From Zygophlyctis sp. KS116 (lineage: Eukaryota; Fungi; Chytridiomycota): DNA of 9,874 nt. Numbering within the stretch: position 1 is the stretch's first letter; each line of letters starts with the position of its first letter. The notes below the pieces were generated by a model. The model saw only the letters and a program-made list of their open reading frames with translations, was not told the origin of the DNA and did no database searches. Positions 1 to 6,759 of the stretch are shown piece after piece. Where the stretch lies: assembly GCA_054661495.1 (NCBI GenBank), contig BAAFSQ010000342.1:1-9874 (forward strand), in the 5' to 3' direction. The position numbers were made by a program, and so were the translations under genes.

Positions 1-1
1 A

Positions 2-1521
2 ATGATTCAATTGCATCAAAAAGTTCCGATATCAGAAATGATTCAAAATGAGGAAAAGGATTTCCTAGTTTACAAGATGTCCGATAATGGACCAGCAATA
101 TTAAAGGATATTCTTGTGAAAAGAGGTATCAATATAAGATCAATTGTTAGGATGGAAGCCATTCGTTGAAGGGGAATCATTATACTGGAATTTGAGTTGG
201 AGAGGTACAATCAATCAATGCATTCTGAAAAAAAAGGAAGTAGATATAGATTAGCAGAATATGAGAATCTGCGAGATTTTCAAAGGATGAATCATTTTCC
301 AAATACTAACATCGTTACAAAAAAAGATAATCTATTTAGATTGCTTAAAAAACTTCGAGTTATTTATGGAAGTGTCTATGATTTCTTTCCTTTGACACTT
401 ACTCTGCCAAAAGATTATCTCGCATTTGTCCGAATCTACGCAAATGAGGAGGAATCAGGAAAAAGAAGTACTTGGATATGTAAGCCTGTAGATATGTCAA
501 GGGGAAGAGGGATCTTTATTTTTAGGGAATTAAAGGATTTAAGCTATAATTGCAGGTATATTAAACCATTTTTCATTTTTCAAGTGCGATCGTTCAGCGT
601 TATGTCCCCAATCCCTTATTAATCTCTGGATATAAATTCGATTTAAGATGGTAATATAAATGATCTAAGGCAAAGTTATGTTTTGGTAGTATCTTATAGT
701 CCGTTAATAATCTATTTTTACGAAGAAGGATTGGTACGATTTGCTACATTTCAGTACGATATTGGAGATGCGGAATTAAAAAACGTATTTTCCCACCTCA
801 CAAATACATCTATTAATAAGTTCAGTCCTACCTTGGAGACAGTTAAAGAGGGAATTGGATCAGGTTGTAGATGGAAATTTGATCAATTAAATTCGTATTT
901 TCAAAGTAAAAATATTGATTTCAACAAAATATGGGGAAAAATCAAGTCAATCGTAATTTTAACTCTGTTGCCTGTTGCCCCAGAAGTAAAAATTAATCCT
1001 AAAGGATGTTTCGAGTTATATGGCTTTGGTAAATTCAGATTTGTTCATTAATTAGATATTCTGATTGATGATAATTTAAAACCATGGCTTCTGGGTACCA
1101 CCTTGAATGATTCTCACAAGTAGAAGTAAATCTAAGTCCTGCATTGAATATCGATTCACAGACGGATCTTGATGTTAAAAGACCGCTGTTAGAAGATTTA
1201 ATGGATCTTATTAATCTAAAATCGGATGATGCAGTTCATGCTCGCGAATATGCTACTCATAATTTAAGACAACATTCAAAAACAAGGGACAGAATGTCTT
1301 CATTATCATCGATCAGTATCCAAATTAATAACTAATGAATAGATTCAAAAAAATCATCTTCATTGGCTCTAAATAAAGATGTTAAATATCCCTTAAAGCA
1401 AGGAAGGTGGACTAGACTGTATCCAAAAGACTCACATTGTGCTAGCAATCTGGCCCCAATCAAAGTCGGGGATGCAGCAATGAAGACTCTAGTAAAAAAT
1501 ATAAAAGCAAGCATGATTTGA
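2..1521 (+). CDS. TTLL2: Tubulin polyglutamylase, TTLL2-like (~441 aa); join(2-125,151-204,237-555,585-650,676-1028,1056-1094,1124-1315,1343-1521)
   Basis: Removing seven GT-AG introns (25,32,29,25,27,29,27 nt) gives one open frame with continuous TTL-family motifs: [101 protein letters not shown]. The pattern best matches the TTLL2 subfamily as I recall it. The start is uncertain (ATG at 2 or 38, or upstream of the window). Stop is TGA at 1519-1521. Confidence 0.92.
126..1342 (+). other. Seven spliceosomal micro-introns in the TTLL gene: 126-150, 205-236, 556-584, 651-675, 1029-1055, 1095-1123, 1316-1342
   Basis: All are GT..AG. The first six restore conserved TTL motifs exactly on removal. 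The seventh removes an in-frame TAA and contains ACTAAT. Confidence 0.9.
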
Positions 1522-1539
1522 TTGTTGAATGAAGTAAAA

Positions 1540-3232
1540 TTATTTGTCAATTCTTAAATTTTCAAATTTAGCTTTGAATTGTTCGTCAAAGAGATCCAAA
1601 TCTTTTTGATCACGTAATACGCCCTTTAGATAAATCTTTGATAATATAACTCACCTTTGGTAGAAATCCAAGAAGTTTACCGGCATGTTCAAGAAGTAAC
1701 CGTTGTCTTTCTTGTTCAATGACATCAAGACGGTATTTTTCCAATTCTTGTTGTCGCAGTAATTCAATTTTATTTTGTTCCTCCTCTTTCTTGATAATTC
1801 TTCTGCGTTCATCAATAAGAGCTTCAATAGCCTTTTTGTGTTCTAGCTTTTTAAGTTTCTTCTTTTGTTGACTAAGCTGTTCAAGACGATCATCTTCCGC
1901 AAACTTTTGCATCATCTGATCTATTATTGCTAAATGATTTACCTTTTGACGGAATATATCTTCCTCTTCCTTGGCTTGACGCAATAAAATCTTTTTATTT
2001 TCCACTTGTTTTTGATAAGCATCCAATAGCTCAAGTCTTTTCTTGATTCTTTGTTGAAGTAGATACTTTGACATATTAAAATAATTCTTCTTACTTCGTC
2101 CCTTCTTTTCGCTGATTCTTCCATTTCTTGTTGACTAAGCTCAATTCTTAATTCTTCTAATTCGTCTTTTTGTTTCTCTTTTGATTCCATTTCGCTTGCC
2201 AACTTTTAAGTTAATTTTTACTGATTGTTACCTTTTCGTATATTCTTTCTTTTGCAGCCTCAATCTCATGTTTCTTTTGTTTCAATTCGCTATCCCTATT
2301 TTGCACAGACTGAGAATACTTCTCAATATCTTCATCCTCTTGTTTTTTCCTATCCAGATCCCTCTGTTTCCAAATTTGTTGTTCTTTTACAAAATCTTCA
2401 ATAAATTTCTTTGTTTCTTCTTGTTTTTCCAATCTTTTTGCAGCCGCTCTTATATTTAGTTTAATAGTACATACGCTGCATCTTCTCGAACAATTTTACG
2501 CACAATTTCATCAACCATTGCCTTTTCTTTCAAGAATTGATCATATTCTTGTTTCTTTCTATTTTCCAAATCTTCCAATTGATTTGCAAGATCTTTATGA
2601 TAGTTAATACTCCTTAAATGGGCTTCCTCGGCTTTATTTTTCTCTGAATCAACCAACCATTTCATAGCCTTTCCAATATCTTTTGCTCTTTCTTCTTCCA
2701 AAAGCTGGTGATTATTTTTTCAAGACTATAATTACCTTTTCCTGTTTTAAGAGTAATTGTTTTTCTGTAATTTGAAGGGCTCTTTCTTTATTCATGTAAG
2801 CATAATTTAATTTTTGTTCTAGATCTCTTAATTCGACTGAATTTTCACGAATCGATTGTCTTAATTTCTCGTTTCGGAGTCTTTCAGTCTGAATCCTTTG
2901 AATTTCCGCCATAATTTCCTCATCTTTTTTATTCATTTCAGCCTGAAATTGTCGTTCTTTCTCTTCCTAGACTAAGATTAAAAAAAATACTTGAATGAGA
3001 GCCTGAACGGTTCTTTCTTCTTCTTCTCTAATTTTTTGTCCTCTGAGCCTTCTAATATTTTCAACTCTTTCATCAGCAACTAAAAGTCCAGTCACAACTG
3101 CATCTTTTGACAATTGTTTTATAATATCTTCCCTCTTGAATTCCTTTCTGCGATTTTCCAATTCTCTTTGTTCCATGACTGCTCTCCTTCTAGTGGCCGC
3201 CTATTATGAGAAAATCATTTGCTTTTTACCAT
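1540..3232 (-). CDS. MNS1: Meiosis-specific nuclear structural protein 1, an axonemal microtubule inner protein with trichoplein/TPH-type coiled coil (~488 aa); exons 3232-3230,3200-2991,2966-2736,2704-2475,2448-2232,2202-2095,2065-1943,1915-1655,1623-1540
   Basis: Eight introns (29,24,31,26,29,29,27,31 nt) join the minus-strand ORF pieces in frame. MNS1 hallmarks are present: LRQSIRENSVELRDLEQKLNYAYMNKERALQI, FLKEKAMVDEIVRKI, MMQKFAEDDRLEQL, IEQERQRLLLEHAGKLLGFLPKGVL. Stop is TAA at 1542-1540. Confidence 0.93.
1624..3229 (-). other. Eight micro-introns in MNS1: 3201-3229, 2967-2990, 2705-2735, 2449-2474, 2203-2231, 2066-2094, 1916-1942, 1624-1654
   Basis: All are GT..AG on the minus strand. 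Removal restores frame and MNS1 motif spacing (e.g. FRQK|MMQKFAEDD, LPK|GVL). Confidence 0.88.
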
Positions 3233-3343
3233 TTTAAATTGTCCGAACGATAATGACGTTTTCAATGCGGAACTCCCCTTGACTCACCACTTGATCATCC
3301 AACAACCAGCCTGGTCAGAAGTTACCCCTAAAGTACTGGTCGT
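3233..3343. promoter_or_regulatory. Putative bidirectional promoter between divergent MNS1 and uS17m
   Basis: Only 111 bp (177 bp if uS17m starts at 3410) separate the divergent ATGs, and the segment is more GC-rich than its flanks. It contains AATGACGT (3252-3259), TGACTCA (3280-3286), the palindrome ACCAGCCTGGT (3305-3315) and GTTACCCCTA (3321-3330). Function is inferred from position. Confidence 0.55.
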
Positions 3344-3796
3344 ATGAGTAACTCTAGACTCAAACACAATCAGAGCAATAAAGAAAAATTTCCTAATCTT
3401 ATCAGCGCTATGCCTCCTCATCATCCTGGACAGTCATTTATTGGACTAGTGGTTGGAACAGCAATGAATAAAACTATAAAAGTAAGGATAGAAAAGATTA
3501 AAATGCATCCATTGGTTCAGAAACCTGTGAAACGGCATGTTAATTTTCTGGTGCATGATGAAAAGGAAGATGCAGTCGTTGGAGATGTTGTCCGGATAGA
3601 TTCATGCAAGAAATTGTCTAAAAGGAAATCATTTGCTTTGGCGGAAATTGTTCAACCCGCTGCAAGATTTACCGATGAATATGGAAAAGTTCATTCTCAA
3701 CAATCAGGATTCTTTAAATCTAATTTGTATGAAAAATATCAAACAAATGTCTTGAAATCTACTCTAAAATCAGATTTAGAATCAAAGGGAAATTGA
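3344..3796 (+). CDS. MRPS17: Mitochondrial small-subunit ribosomal protein uS17m; intronless; true start may be the second ATG at 3410 (MPPHHPGQSFIG...)
   Basis: Bacterial-type S17 signature FIGLVVGTAMNKTIKVRIE..HPLVQK..FLVHDEKEDAVVGDVVRIDSCKKLSKRKSF plus a C-terminal extension. It sits in a nuclear, intron-containing context, so mitochondrial targeting is inferred. Confidence 0.88.
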   Translation: MSNSRLKHNQSNKEKFPNLISAMPPHHPGQSFIGLVVGTAMNKTIKVRIEKIKMHPLVQKPVKRHVNFLVHDEKEDAVVGDVVRIDSCKKLSKRKSFALAEIVQPAARFTDEYGKVHSQQSGFFKSNLYEKYQTNVLKSTLKSDLESKGN

Positions 3797-3801
3797 TTGG
3801 T

Positions 3802-6735
3802 TTATTTTTCTTCTTCTTCAATTAATGGCTCAATATGTTCTTCTATTGTATTTGATATAGGACGTGCATGCTCTGATTTGGGACATACTAGACCACATGG
3901 CTTATACATTTTAAGTATAAAATAAGAGTTCTTTAATCCTTTACGAACAGCATTGAGATAGATGGCTTGTCCGTAAGAAAATTTGGTCAAGACATGACAA
4001 CGAGTCCAAAATCCTTTCCAAAGTGCTTGGATTCTTGATGCGGCAATGTTTCGAACCTTTTTCTTTTCATTTTGAACTTTTTTGGCCATGGCTGATCTCC
4101 ATGCATTTTGTAAGACATATGCACTTCTAAACTCTAGTAACTGTTTTCTATTTTTTTTATAAAAATAAAAGACTTACCGGTGACTTGCGACTATTTCTCC
4201 AAGTTTTAATAGTTTCTTTCGAAGTTCAGGTACTAGTAATTGACGAAGAGAATATCCTAAGTTTTTTAAATATATTTAATTACCTCTCCAAACTCTTTGA
4301 ATATCAGTTGCTGCCTTGTGTAGCTAAATTTAATAAATTTGAAAAATATTACATTTAAATTAGTCTGTTTTGCTTTTTTCTTTTCATGTAAAGGCTTCCA
4401 CCACATTTGTATTAAATTGATTTTGGCTTTGAGTACTAATATATTAGGATAAAATTATCATACCATTTATAGGAGTTTTATATTCTGCTGCAATAGGTGA
4501 ATTTCTAAAGGTATGCCAATGTTTCCATTTTTTTTGGATAAGTGTGGCACAACGGTGAAGTTCTCTAATAGGCTTGCGATAAATACATCCTGATTTGATT
4601 AGGATTAAGATAATTACGCATAAGAGCAGTTCTAATAAATAATCTTCTACGCCAGGCTTTTTGAATGATAAATGCAGCCTCGTTCTTTGCGGAGCGGATG
4701 CGAATAAGTTTTCTCCTGGCTGCTCTTTGGATAATAATTGCAGCGCTATATTGTTCGGCCCTGATTGATTTTCGAAGTTTTCTACCAAGATATCTGCGGA
4801 ATGCACGTTGGATTTTTGTGGCTGCAAAAGATCGCCTGTAAACAGAAGGTGGAAATTGTGAAAAACTGCGAATTGTTTCTGAAACCATCGAGTTCTTTAA
4901 AATGGTTTTTTCCAGTAACTTTTGATTATTTTTAATTAATTACTGTATGTTTCTTTTCGTCATCATCTTTGAAACCTTTATCTTTTTCATCTGGTTCGAC
5001 TATTTTTGGAAAATCTAATTCTTATAAGAAGATTTACCAGTACCTTTTGGATTTGATGTTTGAAGTATCTGGTTAAAACCGGTTGCATTAATATTATAAG
5101 TAAACAATTTATCGCCAAAATTAACCTGCATGCTCAGAGCTGCATTTAATTTATGTGATTCAGGGGTAACTGTTGATTAATGCTGTAAAAATTACGTTCT
5201 AAAGACAGCATAGGATATAATGCCTGCTTTGTGATAATTTCTCTATTTTTATCAGGAAAAAAACATACTTTTGCATTCTCTGGATTTCTCCCTCAAAATG
5301 ATTTGCACCTGCACCGAATGCAGGTCCTTTGATTTTACCATCCACTACCAGTAAAATGCTTCCAATGTATAAATCTACAAGTATTCCGAAAGTTCGAAAG
5401 CCTGTAAATGCTGTGTAGTCTTCGGGGTCATCAATATATTTATAAGATTTCCCGTTATAATAGACAGATCCATCAAAAGAAATACCAAAAGAATCATTGT
5501 CTTGTCCAGGGTAAATCATTTGATCATCTGGGAAATATGTGCCATCACGAAGACGAAAACCAACTCGCCATGACGTTCTCCGAGGAACGGCAAATTCGAA
5601 GTAGTAACGATGTTCCCTTTCCAGTCTTTTATTGATCTGTTTTAAATAATCTAGCGCAGATGCATGATTTATAGTCTTGGCCTCTTCAGTGGTAGTAACG
5701 TTATAATTTAAATTCATGAGCCTCTTCCTAAGTATCGCCACAGCATTCAAAGGGAATGCCATTGTAGAAAGCTGAATTTTAGGCCCTTGATGAACTAAAT
5801 CAAGTATGCGGGCTAGTGTCTGTACATATGAAAGATCATCATTATTGATCTGAGACCTTTTCAACTGATTATAAGCTTGTGCCGTGATTTCTCTAACTAG
5901 AGGCTTTAAGGTCAATTTGCCAGACCAAAGGGCTGATGATCCATAAATAGTAGCCCAAAGTTGTCCAGGAAAAGCTAAACTGACATTTGATACACTAAAT
6001 GATAATCTATCAGAGGATACTGATATAATCTTTCCTAACACTGGCTGAATTAAATAAAACTGCCAATTTAAATAATTAAGAATTCACCTTCCCCGAAAAA
6101 AGTGCGCTGCAGTCATCTGGAGTAACGTATCCGCACATAATACCATCTTTGCATAACGAAACTTGATTTCTCTTTTCAAATGACTGAATCGCTTCCCTTG
6201 TCCCTTGATTAATAATATCACCAAATCGATTTAACATGGCTGTACTATACATAATCAAAAGATCTAATACCTTGACTGAAACAAAACTGATAGCTCTTTC
6301 CTTGATTGTATCCTTCTTTTCCATAATAATTGAGCAAATTCTTCTCGATGATTAGATAAAATTGTAGATAACTCTTTTTCATCAGTCATTCGTTTCACAA
6401 GTCGATCTCTTGTAATCTGCTTTCGCACATTTACTGTTGCGATCGCCATAATTGCCTCCATGCGTGTGATCAGCATTTCATCCTCATCCTTTAATTCCTT
6501 TGTCATTTTCTACAAATTAATATGATATTCTAACCTTGAGATCATAAAAGTCCTTTTCATTTTGCAGTGAAAATTCCTTTCGAAGATTGGTGCTGTAATC
6601 CAAGATGGATCTACACAAATCTTTCACCAGATCACCCTCTCTATTTGCTGAAGCTGAAAAAATATTGGGCTTAAACTTTCTTTCAGTACTTTATTTAATA
6701 ATTTATATATACCCTCTACTATTATCAGTGTCCAT
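3802..6735 (-). CDS. Uncharacterised SPRY/B30.2-like domain plus ~8 IQ calmodulin-binding motif protein (~860 aa); exons 6735-6713,6688-6535,6509-6271,6244-6088,6059-5269,5242-5196,5169-5044,5014-4944,4918-4618,4589-4464,4435-4353,4323-4284,4256-4178,4147-3802
   Basis: Thirteen GT-AG introns (24,25,26,28,26,26,29,25,28,28,29,27,30 nt) give one continuous frame from ATG 6735 to TAA 3802. SPRY motifs: RYYFEF, WRVGF, PGQDNDSFGISFDGSVYYNG, TFGILVDLYIGSILLVVDGK, LYPMLSL, VNFGDKLFTY. IQ-like motifs: AATKIQRAFRRY, AAIIIQRAARRK, AAFIIQKAWRRR, CATLIQKKWKHW, INLIQMWWK, AATDIQRVWRGY, SAYVLQNAWRSA, AASRIQALWKGF. The 5' exons rest on frame continuity only, and two introns have alternative in-frame boundaries. 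Confidence 0.8.
4148..6712 (-). other. Thirteen micro-introns in the SPRY-IQ gene: 6689-6712, 6510-6534, 6245-6270, 6060-6087, 5243-5268, 5170-5195, 5015-5043, 4919-4943, 4590-4617, 4436-4463, 4324-4352, 4257-4283, 4148-4177
   Basis: All are GT..AG and AT-rich. Each resolves a stop or frameshift, and several restore SPRY or IQ motifs across the junction. Confidence 0.8.
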
Positions 6736-6759
6736 ATATATCCAAAATGACGTCCTAAA

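Noticed and set aside
1332-1550. 72-aa minus-strand ORF
   Set aside because: Antisense to the last TTLL exon, with a TTG start and no recognisable motifs.
2181-2459. 92-aa Phe/Leu-rich plus-strand ORF resembling a membrane protein
   Set aside because: It is the antisense shadow of the Glu/Lys-rich (GAA/AAA) MNS1 coiled-coil codons.
3280-3286. TGACTCA (AP-1/Gcn4 consensus) as a functional site
   Set aside because: A single 7-mer with no second copy in the other intergenic spacers, and the same 7-mer occurs inside the SWI3 CDS (9024-9030). It is noted only as part of the promoter.
3344-3796. Bacterial-type rpsQ as evidence of horizontal transfer or contamination
   Set aside because: There is no S10-operon neighbour. 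It is tightly packed among intron-containing genes and has the extension expected of nuclear-encoded mitochondrial uS17m.
4565-4827. Two overlapping open minus-strand frames suggesting dual coding
   Set aside because: The 28-nt intron 4590-4617 switches from one frame to the other. The upstream part of the 4444-4827 ORF has no motif support.
5408-5635. 75-aa plus-strand ORF
   Set aside because: Antisense to the SPRY exon, with no independent evidence.
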